From: Flavobacteriaceae bacterium UBA2540
GTDB lineage: Bacteria > Bacteroidota > Bacteroidia > Flavobacteriales > Flavobacteriaceae
Assembly: GCA_002340765.1 (NCBI GenBank)
Contig: DDMS01000025.1
Coordinates: 1,692-65,691, forward strand
DNA length: 64,000 nt
Reading direction: 5' to 3'
A program made the translations under genes and the position numbers. Below the pieces are notes generated by a model. That model was not told the DNA's origin. It searched no databases and saw only the letters and a list, made by a program, of their open reading frames with translations. Shown here piece after piece: positions 10,712-22,604 of the stretch (the first letter of the stretch is position 1; each line of letters begins with the position of its first letter).

Positions 10712-12106
10712 TTATTTTACTTTATTTAAAATTTCAAGATAATCTGAGAGGTTTGAGGATGAAATTGAAGCAAAACCATTCATCACTTTTCCATTTTTAT
10801 CCACCAGAATACAACGTGGCATTTTGCTAGTCAAAAATTCATTGGCTTTACTGTTGTCAGGAAGGTAATATTGAGATTTTATATCTAAACTTTCTAATCT
10901 ATCAAACTTTTTCCCATCAATTTTAACAGGAATGAAAATGATGTTTAAAAAATTAGTTGATAAAAAATTCATTCGTGAAACTATATAAGATTCAGAAACA
11001 TATTCTGGACTCCAAAAAAACAATAAAGCATTTTTTTGTTGTATGATTTCATAAACTGATTTACTCACATTCGAATAATCATTGATACCGAAATCTTGCA
11101 ATTTTTCTAAGATTGGAACTGATTGGGTATCATTCATCAACTTTTTTATCTGAATTTTATCTTCCTCGTTTGTACTTAATTTGAAAAATTTTTCAAAAGT
11201 TTCTTCATTTAAAATACAACTCGATTTATTATAAAAATGACTGATAACAGTTTGTTTTAAAAATGCGTTTTTGGTTTTTTCAAAACTGATTTTTTTATCA
11301 ATAATTGTTAATAAATCAAAAGTAAATTTTGAACTATAATTTTTTTTCATTGGGGGATGTCCCAATGAATATGTTTCATTATATAAGTAGTTTCGAACAT
11401 ATTGCGAATAAGGGGGGTAATATATTAAAGAGTCATTATCTATTTTTGCAACTTTTCTATACTCATAAAATGATTCATTAATTTTTGGAAGATGATCAGA
11501 TTCAGCATATTTTGCATTTAAAATTGGATATTTTTCCATTCTAGCATATAATGGATAAGTCAAAGCCACTTTTAAAATATTTTTATAATCTTCAGTTTCT
11601 TCCGGATGATTTTCAACATATTCATCAAATAATTTCAACTTTGATTTTAAGGAAGATTCTATTTTCTGTTTAAATTCTTTAGGGGCTAATTTATTATTTT
11701 CGTGAAAGGAAAAAGATTCTTTTTCATTCTCTAAAAAACAGTCAATTAAAATATTATTTCTCTCTGCACCTTTCCCAACAAATACCAATGATTCATCAAA
11801 ATTCCATGTATTTAAACGTAATAATAAACTATCTCCAGCCTCTAAATAAACATGTTGATTTTCATATCCATGACTAAAATAATACAAACCATCAGATGCT
11901 AATTTTATTTTGCCAACAAATTTACCATCTTTATCTAAATAAAAAGTATCTATTGCTTGATCCATAGAATATAAAATAACATGGCTTGATTTTGGGTGAA
12001 TAATTTTTCCTCCAAAATAAACGTGTGTTAATTTTTTTTCTGATTTACAGCTAATTAAAGAGACTAAAATTAGTAATATTGTAAAATATTTAAAGTATTT
12101 ATTCAT
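10712..12106 (-). CDS. conserved lipoprotein with degenerate thioredoxin-like (TlpA-type) C-terminus
   Basis: Lipobox LISC; C-terminal LLFFWS...MPRCILVDKNGKV resembles a TlpA fold but lacks CxxC. Confidence 0.6.
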   Translation of the reverse strand: MNKYFKYFTILLILVSLISCKSEKKLTHVYFGGKIIHPKSSHVILYSMDQAIDTFYLDKDGKFVGKIKLASDGLYYFSHGYENQHVYLEAGDSLLLRLNTWNFDESLVFVGKGAERNNILIDCFLENEKESFSFHENNKLAPKEFKQKIESSLKSKLKLFDEYVENHPEETEDYKNILKVALTYPLYARMEKYPILNAKYAESDHLPKINESFYEYRKVAKIDNDSLIYYPPYSQYVRNYLYNETYSLGHPPMKKNYSSKFTFDLLTIIDKKISFEKTKNAFLKQTVISHFYNKSSCILNEETFEKFFKLSTNEEDKIQIKKLMNDTQSVPILEKLQDFGINDYSNVSKSVYEIIQQKNALLFFWSPEYVSESYIVSRMNFLSTNFLNIIFIPVKIDGKKFDRLESLDIKSQYYLPDNSKANEFLTSKMPRCILVDKNGKVMNGFASISSSNLSDYLEILNKVK

Positions 12107-12209
12107 TAATTTTAACCAAAATAGATTTTACAAATTTAAGTATTAGCATGAGCTATGATTGTTAATACGAAGTTAAAATAATAGTAATGCTTCCTTAAAA
12201 ATTACTTGA

Positions 12210-13904
<1,695 letters not shown>

Positions 13905-13942
13905 AAACATAAAAATGGAATCTAAAAGTTTCTTTTTTTTAA

Positions 13943-14881
13943 TTATTTTTGGAGTGGACTAATTATTTTTACGTCCGAAAAAGAAATAGCACCTCTTACC
14001 ACACCATCAATAGTTTTCTTTAAAGCTTCAATCAATTGCATTTTTAACTGAGATTTGTGAAAAATCAAACTTACTTCTCTTGCTGGTTGTGGACTCGCAA
14101 ATTCCTTTAAAAAAGTTTGATCGTTTTTGGATAAATCTAACGTATGTAAATATGGTAATAATGTCATTCCCAAACCTTCTTTTGTTAATTTTATTAAGGT
14201 ATCAAAACTGCCACTTGCCAATTGAAATCCTTTTTTATTATCAACTTTATAATTTCTACATAGGTTGATAATACTGTTTTTGAAACAATGTCCATCTTCA
14301 AGTAAAAGAATATCATCCATTTCTAAATCTTCAACTGTGAGTTGTTTGTTTTTGTGAAGTCTATGATTTTCAGGTATTAAACCAACAAAAGGTTCATAAT
14401 ATAAAGGTCTCTCTTTGATAGATTCGTTTTCTAAGGGTGAAGCAACAATTGCTGCATCAAGATGACCATCAGTTAATTTTCTAATAATATCTTCAGTATT
14501 TAACTCTTCAATAATCAACTTTACTTTTGGATATTTTTTGGTGAAATTATTTAAAAACATTGGCAATAATGTGGGCATAATAGTTGGAATGATTCCCAAT
14601 TTAAACTCACCCCCAACAAATCCTTTTTGTTGGTGAACAATATCAATGATTCTAATACTTTCGTCAACAATTACCTTGGCTTGTTGTACAATTTTTTTTC
14701 CAACCTCAGTCAATTCAATCGGTTTTTTTGAGCGATTAAATATTTGAATACCCAATTCATCTTCAAGTTTTTGAATTTGCATGCTCAAGGTTGGTTGTGT
14801 AACAAAACTATGCTCAGCAGCAACTGTAAAATTTTGGTATTCTGCAACTGATAAAACGTATTTTAATTGAGTAATTGTCAT
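13943..14881 (-). CDS. oxyR: hydrogen peroxide-inducible LysR regulator OxyR
   Basis: LysR HTH (VTQPTLSMQIQKLE); redox motif LLEDGHCFKNSIINLC; divergent from a dps remnant. Confidence 0.93.
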   Translation of the reverse strand: MTITQLKYVLSVAEYQNFTVAAEHSFVTQPTLSMQIQKLEDELGIQIFNRSKKPIELTEVGKKIVQQAKVIVDESIRIIDIVHQQKGFVGGEFKLGIIPTIMPTLLPMFLNNFTKKYPKVKLIIEELNTEDIIRKLTDGHLDAAIVASPLENESIKERPLYYEPFVGLIPENHRLHKNKQLTVEDLEMDDILLLEDGHCFKNSIINLCRNYKVDNKKGFQLASGSFDTLIKLTKEGLGMTLLPYLHTLDLSKNDQTFLKEFASPQPAREVSLIFHKSQLKMQLIEALKKTIDGVVRGAISFSDVKIISPLQK

Positions 14882-14986
14882 ATGAATAGTTATATTTGTT
14901 AAAGATATTAAAACTACCAGAAATAATTATAGCTTATTAGGATAATTTTAGTGTAGCTATAAGATAATCATAAAAGTTATAAAGAA

Positions 14987-15458
14987 ATGATCAAATTATC
15001 AATTGGATTAGACAAGATTGAAAGTAAAAATGTAGCCGAAAAATTAAATGGTTTGTTAGCCATTTTCTAAATATTTTATCAAAATTTGAGAGTTTTGCAT
15101 TGGAATATTAAAGGTAAAAATTTCTTTGAATTGCATCTGAAATTTGAAGAATTCTACACAGATGAAAAAGTTAAAATCGATTTAATTGCAGAACGTATTT
15201 TAACTTTACAAGCAAAACCTTACACACTTTTGAAAATTATTTAAATATTTCAACTGTGAATGTTGGAAAAGATATTTCAAATGATGTTGTAGCTTTTAAA
15301 TTGGTTATCAGTTCCTTATAAAAATTACTGGTGATTGAAAGAGAAATTTTACATGTTTCAGATGAAACAAATTACGAAGGAACAAATTACATGATGAGCG
15401 ATTTTATTGCAGAACAAAAAAAACAATTTGGATGTTAAATTCTTGGTTAGGAAAATAA
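14987..15458 (+). pseudogene. dps: Dps (DNA starvation/stationary phase protection protein) pseudogene
   Basis: MIKLSIGLD...LLAIF*IFYQNLRVLHWNIKGKNFFELHLKFEEFY...IDLIAERILTL, frameshift, (L)HTFENY...SL*KLLVIEREIL...MMSDFIAEQ, frameshift, TIWMLNSWLGK*. Two in-frame TAA stops and two frameshifts. Confidence 0.92.
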
Positions 15459-15502
15459 ACTTTAATATTTTAAGCTAAAAAAAGACCTTAAAAAAGGTTT
15501 TT

Positions 15503-16144
15503 TTAGTTTAAAATATAACTATAACCAATCTCTAACCCCAAAATATTGAAACCATCATTAGGTTTTTGAAAATCGAGATTTGAGACGTGTCCAAAGTTTG
15601 TTCCCAAATAAAAATGAGATTTTTCATTAGTTTTATATAAAAAACCTACAGACAAATTTTCAATAAATGTAAATCCTTTCGCCAAACGCTCCGTGCGAGT
15701 GTCAATATATGAAAATCCCAAACTGAGACTTCCTTGAAAATATAGTTGATTCGTAATTTTTTTAAAACCAGCAAAACCAAATTCAACTCCATATAAATTT
15801 ATTGTTTTTAGTTGTGTAAATTCAGCTATTTTTTCCAAATAATTTTCTTGGTCAGGAGTCACAAAATATTCGTTTATCAACTGATGTCTTAAACTATGAA
15901 TTTGCGGTTGCAAAATCAATTCAAAATCCCAATTTTTCCAACTTCCTAATTTGTAAAAAAGTTGCACTTTATAAGTTTGTATTGCATACGTATAATCTAT
16001 ATCATCAAAAATAAAATTTTCATTGGTGCCATAATTGTAAAGAAATCCAATTTTGTATGGATTCAAAACTGATTTTTTTTTCTCTTGCGAAAATCCACTG
16101 AAAATAATAAAAAGAAAAAAGAAACTAATAAATCGATGTTTCAT
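15503..16144 (-). CDS. acyloxyacyl hydrolase / PagL-like outer-membrane beta-barrel
   Basis: Signal peptide; C-terminal HVSN...PNDGFN...GYSY resembles the PagL H-x-S-N motif. Confidence 0.75.
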   Translation of the reverse strand: MKHRFISFFFLFIIFSGFSQEKKKSVLNPYKIGFLYNYGTNENFIFDDIDYTYAIQTYKVQLFYKLGSWKNWDFELILQPQIHSLRHQLINEYFVTPDQENYLEKIAEFTQLKTINLYGVEFGFAGFKKITNQLYFQGSLSLGFSYIDTRTERLAKGFTFIENLSVGFLYKTNEKSHFYLGTNFGHVSNLDFQKPNDGFNILGLEIGYSYILN

Positions 16145-16153
16145 GAAAATACT

Positions 16154-17041
16154 TTAAGAAAACATTTTAGCAACTTTTACAGCTTTTTTATTTTCTGAAT
16201 AATCATAAAAACCTTCTTCTGATTTTACACCCAATTTTCCTGCAACAACCATATTTATTAATAATGGACAAGGTGCATATTTCGGATTTTTAAATCCTTC
16301 ATACATTACATTTAAAATAGATAAACAAACATCCAACCCAATAAAATCTGCCAATTCCAAAGGTCCCATTGGATGTGCCATTCCCAATTTCATTACAGTA
16401 TCAATTTCGTAAACTCCAGCAACGCCATTATATAACGTTTCAATAGATTCGTTGATCATTGGTATCAAAATTCGATTAGCTACAAACCCAGGGTAATCAG
16501 TAACTTCTATAGGAATTTTGCCTACTTTCTTAGACAAATCGACAATGAATTGTGTTACTTCATCACTCGTATTATAGCCTCTGATAATTTCTATCAATTG
16601 CATAATTGGTACAGGATTCATAAAATGCATGCCAATTACTTTATCAGCTCTATTGGTTGCTGCACCAATTTGAGTAATAGAAATGGAAGAAGTATTTGTC
16701 GCCAAAATAGTGTCATCAGGACATACTTCGTCCAATTCTTTAAAGATTTTAGTTTTTAAAACCACATTCTCAGTTGCAGCTTCAATTACTAAACTCGCAT
16801 ATTTTACACCTTTTTTAATGTTTGTAAAAGTGGAAATATTTGACAACGTTTTCGCTTTTTCATCCAACGTTATTTTTTCTTTCGCAACCATTCTATCAAG
16901 ATTTTTTTCAATAGTTTCCATTCCACGTTTTAATGCAATTTCACTAACATCAATTAATTGAACATTAAAATTGCATTGAGCAAACGTATGCGCAATGCCA
17001 TTTCCCATGGTTCCAGAACCAATTACTGCTATATTTTTCAT
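16154..17041 (-). CDS. 3-hydroxybutyryl-CoA dehydrogenase
   Basis: GSGTMGNG, EAATE, ATNTSSISIT, GMHFMNP, HPMGPL motifs. Confidence 0.95.
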   Translation of the reverse strand: MKNIAVIGSGTMGNGIAHTFAQCNFNVQLIDVSEIALKRGMETIEKNLDRMVAKEKITLDEKAKTLSNISTFTNIKKGVKYASLVIEAATENVVLKTKIFKELDEVCPDDTILATNTSSISITQIGAATNRADKVIGMHFMNPVPIMQLIEIIRGYNTSDEVTQFIVDLSKKVGKIPIEVTDYPGFVANRILIPMINESIETLYNGVAGVYEIDTVMKLGMAHPMGPLELADFIGLDVCLSILNVMYEGFKNPKYAPCPLLINMVVAGKLGVKSEEGFYDYSENKKAVKVAKMFS

Positions 17042-17114
17042 AAAATAGGATTATATTTTTTTTTCTGTTGTTTCTAATGTTAAATCCGTTAAACTTTTTA
17101 CCATCAACCAACAA

Positions 17115-18074
17115 CTAAAAACTATCAATCACCATTTGTGCAACTCTCAATGCTTCAGTACCATTACTGATGGTAACAACTGGAGTTGTATTATTATTAA
17201 TGGCATCTGCAAAAGTTTCAAGTTCATCTAAAATGGCATTATTTTGTGTTACTATAGGATTGTCAAAATAAATTTGTTTTTGCACACCTTCACCATTTTG
17301 TAAAATCATGGCATATTCATCAGGAGTTTCAGGAACCTCTTTCATGCGAACAACTTCTGCTTTTTTCTCTAAAAAGTCTACTGAAATGTATGCGTCTTTT
17401 TGAAAGAAACGAGTTTTACGCATGTTTTTCATTGAAATTCTGCTCGCTGTCAAATTTGCGACACACCCGTTTTCAAATTCAATTCTTGCATTTGCAATAT
17501 CTGGTGTTTCAGAAATTACTGAAATTCCACTCGCATACACATTTTTTACTTTCGATTTTACTACCGATAAAATAATATCAATATCATGAATCATCAAATC
17601 AAGCACAACAGGTACATCAGTTCCTCTTGGATTAAACTCTGCTAATCTGTGAGTTTCAATAAACATTGGATTGTTAATCATGTCTTTTGCTGCTAAAAAT
17701 GCAGGATTAAAACGTTCAACGTGACCAACTTGCCCTAAAACATGGTATTGACTTGCCAAAGTTTTGATAGCTTCTGCCTCAATCACTGTTTTAGCAATTG
17801 GTTTTTCTATGAAAACATGACACCCTTTTTCGATGGCTTTTTTTGCGCATTCAAAATGTGACAAAGTTGGGGTCACTATATCAACAACTTCAACAGCATC
17901 AATCAAATCATCTATAGAATTAAAAGATTTATAATCAAATTCGGCAATCACTTTTTCGGTATTTTCTTGGGAAGGATCATAAAAACCAACCAATTCATAT
18001 TTTTCAGATTGCTGTAACAAACGTAAATGAATTTTACCTAGATGACCTGCACCTAAAACTCCAACTTTCAACAT
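17115..18074 (-). CDS. Gfo/Idh/MocA family oxidoreductase
   Basis: GAGHLG, EKP, VGHVERFNP, DLMIHDID motifs. Confidence 0.93.
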   Translation of the reverse strand: MLKVGVLGAGHLGKIHLRLLQQSEKYELVGFYDPSQENTEKVIAEFDYKSFNSIDDLIDAVEVVDIVTPTLSHFECAKKAIEKGCHVFIEKPIAKTVIEAEAIKTLASQYHVLGQVGHVERFNPAFLAAKDMINNPMFIETHRLAEFNPRGTDVPVVLDLMIHDIDIILSVVKSKVKNVYASGISVISETPDIANARIEFENGCVANLTASRISMKNMRKTRFFQKDAYISVDFLEKKAEVVRMKEVPETPDEYAMILQNGEGVQKQIYFDNPIVTQNNAILDELETFADAINNNTTPVVTISNGTEALRVAQMVIDSF

Positions 18075-18176
18075 AGATTCTTAATATTAATGAAATTTGC
18101 CGAATAAACCAACTAAAACAAAGATACAATTTTATAAGAATTTTTATGGAAATATTACTATTTTTAGCTTTTTCAA

Positions 18177-18830
18177 ATGAATATGGGTTTAAAAGATACT
18201 GAAAAACACCAAGGACTTCGCAATCAATTAGCTAACGTTTTAAAAGCCAAAGGCATTCTTGATGAAAGCGTTTTGCAAGCGATTCGTGTTATTCCAAGAC
18301 ATTTATTTATAGATTCTAGTTTTGAGGAACATGCTTATCAAGACAAAGCTTTTCCGATTGCAGCCGGACAAACTATTTCTCAGCCCTTCACAGTGGCATT
18401 TCAATCTCAAACACTTCAAATAAAAAAAGGTGAGAAAGTATTAGAAATTGGAACTGGTTCTGGTTATCAAACTGCAGTTTTATTAGAATTAAAAGCGATT
18501 GTTTTTACGATTGAAAGACAGGTTGAGTTGTTTAAAAAAGCTTCTTTATTTTTACCAAAATTAGGTTATAAACCAAAGAAATTTATTTTTGGTGATGGCT
18601 ATAAAGGCTTGGTTGAAGAAGCTCCTTTTGATAAAATAATTGTAACCGCAGGTGCACCTTTGGTGCCAAAATCGTTTCTTTCTCAGCTAAAAATAGGAGG
18701 AATGCTTTTAATTCCTGTGGGTGAACAAACCCAAATCATGACTTTATACATTAGAAAATCGAACAAAGAATTTGAAAAACATGAATTGGGAGATTTTGCA
18801 TTTGTTCCTATGCTTGAGGAGAAAATTTAA
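18177..18830 (+). CDS. pcm: protein-L-isoaspartate O-methyltransferase
   Basis: GQTISQP, VLEIGTGSGYQ, APFDKIIVTAGA, FVPML motifs. Confidence 0.96.
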   Translation: MNMGLKDTEKHQGLRNQLANVLKAKGILDESVLQAIRVIPRHLFIDSSFEEHAYQDKAFPIAAGQTISQPFTVAFQSQTLQIKKGEKVLEIGTGSGYQTAVLLELKAIVFTIERQVELFKKASLFLPKLGYKPKKFIFGDGYKGLVEEAPFDKIIVTAGAPLVPKSFLSQLKIGGMLLIPVGEQTQIMTLYIRKSNKEFEKHELGDFAFVPMLEEKI

Positions 18831-18864
18831 ATTTTTTATATATAAAACTTATAGCTGAAATCAA

Positions 18865-19710
18865 TTACAAATCTCTTTTTTCAAGTAATTTATAAGATAA
18901 AAATATGAAAATAAATGTCCAAAAAAGTACAATTAAAATTGCTGAAAATTGGACATTGTAATTTTTGGTAAATGATTCAACCATTGTATTAGCTATAGTT
19001 CTTACAGCTCCTAATCTTGAAAATGGTTCTTTAATTAAATTGGTCATTGCTTCTAAAGGTAAAAATTGCATAAACCAATCTACTTTTTCATCAGTATTTT
19101 TTGAACCTCTAAAGTTATAATATAAAAAACCTTTGCAAATTCCTTCGCCAATTAACCAAACCAACATACCTGCAACTGCAAAAGCTGAACGTTTAATGAG
19201 GATTCCTAAAAATAATCCAAAGGAGAAGAACCCTAAAAGTTTTATAAAAAAAGCTAATAAGTATTCTAAATCTGTTGTAATAATTGACAATTCGTTATAA
19301 TCTGAATACACCAAACCTAAAATCAATGAAACTACAAAAACAAAGATTGTTGAAATCAAAGCAAAAGCTAAAACCATGTAGAATTTTGATAAAATAAATT
19401 CTTTTTTGCTCATGCCATCAATCAAGTTTTGTTTCAATGTTTTGTAACTGTATTCATTCGACATCATGGAAACAATTACCAACAACAAAAAGAATTTTAG
19501 AATGGCAGCAATGTAGGTGCTAAAATGCCAGATATATGGAAAATTAAAAATTCCTGCATCAGCAAGATGTAATTTTAAACTGCCAAATTCGAATTTAATA
19601 GCAGCAATTAATGCTATAGAAGTCAGCAATCCAAAGTAAATGATTGACAATATTTTACTTGCTCTGTTGTATTTTAATTTGTGAAATTCTATGGAAAGTA
19701 GTCTAAACAT
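18865..19710 (-). CDS. ABC transporter permease
   Basis: Six TM segments; NEYSYKTLKQNLIDG motif; downstream of the ATPase gene. Confidence 0.88.
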   Translation of the reverse strand: MFRLLSIEFHKLKYNRASKILSIIYFGLLTSIALIAAIKFEFGSLKLHLADAGIFNFPYIWHFSTYIAAILKFFLLLVIVSMMSNEYSYKTLKQNLIDGMSKKEFILSKFYMVLAFALISTIFVFVVSLILGLVYSDYNELSIITTDLEYLLAFFIKLLGFFSFGLFLGILIKRSAFAVAGMLVWLIGEGICKGFLYYNFRGSKNTDEKVDWFMQFLPLEAMTNLIKEPFSRLGAVRTIANTMVESFTKNYNVQFSAILIVLFWTFIFIFLSYKLLEKRDL

Positions 19711-19727
19711 GACGTTTGTTTTGGAAG

Positions 19728-20627
19728 TTAATTGTTATTTGTTAAATCTAAAAATTGTTGTTCTAAACTAGGTTTACGTTTCACTAAATGTGACAAAACC
19801 AGTCCATTTTCAAACAAATATTGATTGATTTCTGTCGCAGAAATTGGGTTTTTCAACTTCGCAATTAATAAGTCATGTTCTTGAGAAATAGCACTAATAG
19901 CCTCATGATTTCCCAAAACACGAATCAATTTTTCTTTGTTTTTATCAATTTTTAACTCCAATAAACCATTTGAAGCAGTCATTTCGTCAACTCTTCCACT
20001 ATATAATTTTAAACCTTTTCTGATAACAACCACATGCGAGCAAACTTTTTCAACTTCATCCAAAAGGTGTGAAGCTAATAAAATAGTTGTTCCATTTGCA
20101 GCAATTGTTTTGATTATTTGGCGAATTTCATGAATTCCTTGGGGATCCAAACCATTTGTTGGCTCGTCTAAAATTAAAATTTCAGGATCATTTAACAACG
20201 CAGATGCAATTGCCAAACGTTGTTTCATACCCAAAGAAAAAGTTTTGAATTTGCTATCTTTTCTCTCAAAAAGATTTACAGTAGTTAATTTTTCATCAAT
20301 TTTTTCAGTGGAAATTCCTTTTATTTTACAGATTAATGACAAATTTTGAGCAGCTGTCATGTAAGGATAAAAGTTAGGGCGTTCAATAATTGCACTTACT
20401 TTTTTCAGTGCTTCATGCGTTGAAAGTTTGCCATCAAACCAGGAAAAGTCTCCCGAAGTTCTATTAACAACGTTTAAAATTATGCCTAAAGTGGTTGATT
20501 TCCCACTGCCATTTGGACCCAAAATACCATAAACAGTTCCTTTTTTGATATCAAAAGAAAGATTATTTACTGCATGAACGGCACCGTATTTTTTGTCGAG
20601 ATTTTTGATTGAAAGAATAGTTTCCAA
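19728..20627 (-). CDS. ABC transporter ATP-binding protein
   Basis: GPNGSGKST, FSLGMKQR, ILDEPTNGLD motifs; TTG start. Confidence 0.93.
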   Translation of the reverse strand: METILSIKNLDKKYGAVHAVNNLSFDIKKGTVYGILGPNGSGKSTTLGIILNVVNRTSGDFSWFDGKLSTHEALKKVSAIIERPNFYPYMTAAQNLSLICKIKGISTEKIDEKLTTVNLFERKDSKFKTFSLGMKQRLAIASALLNDPEILILDEPTNGLDPQGIHEIRQIIKTIAANGTTILLASHLLDEVEKVCSHVVVIRKGLKLYSGRVDEMTASNGLLELKIDKNKEKLIRVLGNHEAISAISQEHDLLIAKLKNPISATEINQYLFENGLVLSHLVKRKPSLEQQFLDLTNNN

Positions 20628-20737
20628 AAAAGGTAGTTTTTAGATAGTTTATATTTAGGACGATTAAAAAATCCCATTGTTACAAAATAACAAATAAAAA
20701 CTTTCTAAAAACTTGAAATTAATTAAGATTTTGAAAT

Positions 20738-21250
20738 TTAATATTCAGGATATTCAGAGTCATCAAAATGATCAAAATCTTCGTCAATAAAATCATCATC
20801 ACTAAATTCGTCTTCAAAATCACTTCCAAATTCTTCTGCAACAAACTGTTTTTCAGGAGCTTCTTTAGGAATTTCTCCAACAGATAAAATAGTTTTTGGT
20901 AAATCTTTACTTTTTCCTTGAGAAATTTCTATGACATCAACATAAAAAGTCCACATGTTTAGGAAATCATACACGTATATTAACTTGTCGTTTTCCTCAG
21001 GCAAGGTTTCATTTAAAATGCAATTTTGCATTGAAATGTCTTCGCCAGCTTCAGCCATATTGAATAATGGGATTTCTTCACCTTGATTCCAATTTTCATC
21101 AGCTCTATAAAATGAAGCCATTTCGTGGCCTTCAAATCCAAATGAATTTGCAATAATTGTATGTAAACTTTCAAGATTAATGATATTATCGACCAAAATG
21201 GTTCTTATAACATCTTCTTCTGTATCTAGGATTGCGCGGATTTTATACAT
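20738..21250 (-). CDS. pRiA4b ORF-3 / TnpR-like family protein (conserved chromosomal copy)
   Basis: LESLH...YVYDFLNMWTF motif; acidic C-terminal tail. Confidence 0.75.
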   Translation of the reverse strand: MYKIRAILDTEEDVIRTILVDNIINLESLHTIIANSFGFEGHEMASFYRADENWNQGEEIPLFNMAEAGEDISMQNCILNETLPEENDKLIYVYDFLNMWTFYVDVIEISQGKSKDLPKTILSVGEIPKEAPEKQFVAEEFGSDFEDEFSDDDFIDEDFDHFDDSEYPEY

Positions 21251-21323
21251 AAATTTTTCAAAAAAAACTTAGCAAAAATACGATAAATTATGTGTAATTT
21301 TACCTTTTTAAAAATGAAAATCT

Positions 21324-21740
21324 TTGAACAAGCAAAAATTATTAGACTCTATAAATCGCCTTTCAAACAACACTTTGATGCAAACGTTGAATATAGAGTT
21401 TATAGATGTTACTGAAGATTCATTGACTGCTAAAATGCCTGTAAATACCAGCGTTCATCAGCCTTTTGGATTGTTACATGGAGGAGCAACAGCAGCTTTA
21501 GCAGAAACTGTTGGAAGTTCCGCTTCTGCACTTTTTGTTGATAATGATACTAAAATAGTGAAAGGAATTGAATTGAATATTAGTCATTTAAAAAGTGTAA
21601 AAGAAGGTTTTGTTTATGGAATTGCAAAGTCAATTCACAAAGGAAAAACAATTCATTTATGGGAAATAAAGATTTTTGATGATGAGAAACATCTGATTTC
21701 AATTTGCAAACTTACAAATATAGTGTTGGATAAAAAGTAA
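21324..21740 (+). CDS. PaaI/hotdog thioesterase (MenI-like)
   Basis: HQPFGLLHGGATAALAET, GIELNISHL; adjacent to isochorismate synthase. Confidence 0.9.
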   Translation: MNKQKLLDSINRLSNNTLMQTLNIEFIDVTEDSLTAKMPVNTSVHQPFGLLHGGATAALAETVGSSASALFVDNDTKIVKGIELNISHLKSVKEGFVYGIAKSIHKGKTIHLWEIKIFDDEKHLISICKLTNIVLDKK

Positions 21741-21743
21741 GAG

Positions 21744-22604
21744 ATGTTTGAAAGTACTTTTTTAAGTAAATTTTTTAAAGTTTTTATCACGATACTATTT
21801 GTGTTATTTGGATTGTTTTATGGATTATTTTATTTTTTTACCTCTCCAAAATCTGATAAAAAAATTTTAAGTGAGTTTAAAGACGTTGATTTAAAACCAA
21901 GAATTACGCATCATGATTTCAATAATTTTAAATATAGAAAGCTAATAATTATCAATGATACAGTGTTGCCAACCATTTTTTTTGTTCATGGTACAATTGG
22001 CTCATGTGCTGATTTTATTGAATATATTAAAGATTCAATGGTGTATTCAAAAGCAAATTTTGTGAGTTATGATAGGGTTGGATACAATTATGATGTTCAA
22101 AATGAAGTGCAAGAATCAATCGCTTTTGAAAGAGACATGTTGCAAAGTATCACCAAAGATTTACCTAAAAAAAAGATCGTGGTTGTTGGATATTCTTATG
22201 GAGGTCCAATTGTTTTAGCAGATACAACTCGTTATAAAAAAGCCGTTTTATTAGCCCCAGCAGTTTTTAGTAGTAAAGAAGTAATGCCTTTGCTTTTAAG
22301 TTTTTATAAGTGGAGAGCAACTCGTTGGTTGATTCCGCCAATTTGGAAACAAGCTTCAAAAAAAAAGTTATCTCACCAAAAAGATTTGAGTGTTTTTGAG
22401 AAAAATTGGAGTCAAAATAAAAACGATATTTTGGTTGTTCATGGTGATAAAGATAAAATTGTTCCTTTTGATAATGCAACATTTCTTAAAACTAAATTTC
22501 CAAAAGAAAAGTTTGATTTAGTTCAAGTGCGAACTGCTGGACATGGTCTTATTTGGAGCAAATATGAGTTTATACTTGAACAATTGATACTTAGTTTGAA
22601 TTGA
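21744..22604 (+). CDS. alpha/beta hydrolase with N-terminal membrane anchor
   Basis: HG, GYSYGG nucleophile elbow, HGDKDKIVP, GH triad residues. Confidence 0.88.
   Translation: MFESTFLSKFFKVFITILFVLFGLFYGLFYFFTSPKSDKKILSEFKDVDLKPRITHHDFNNFKYRKLIIINDTVLPTIFFVHGTIGSCADFIEYIKDSMVYSKANFVSYDRVGYNYDVQNEVQESIAFERDMLQSITKDLPKKKIVVVGYSYGGPIVLADTTRYKKAVLLAPAVFSSKEVMPLLLSFYKWRATRWLIPPIWKQASKKKLSHQKDLSVFEKNWSQNKNDILVVHGDKDKIVPFDNATFLKTKFPKEKFDLVQVRTAGHGLIWSKYEFILEQLILSLN

Noticed and set aside
14882-14986. OxyR operator in the oxyR-dps spacer
   Set aside because: Only partial ATAG/CTAT elements without clean spacing; expected from context but not supportable from the sequence.
20738-21250. Mobile-element interpretation of the TnpR/pRiA4b-like gene
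   Set aside because: No transposase or terminal repeats nearby; it sits among core genes.
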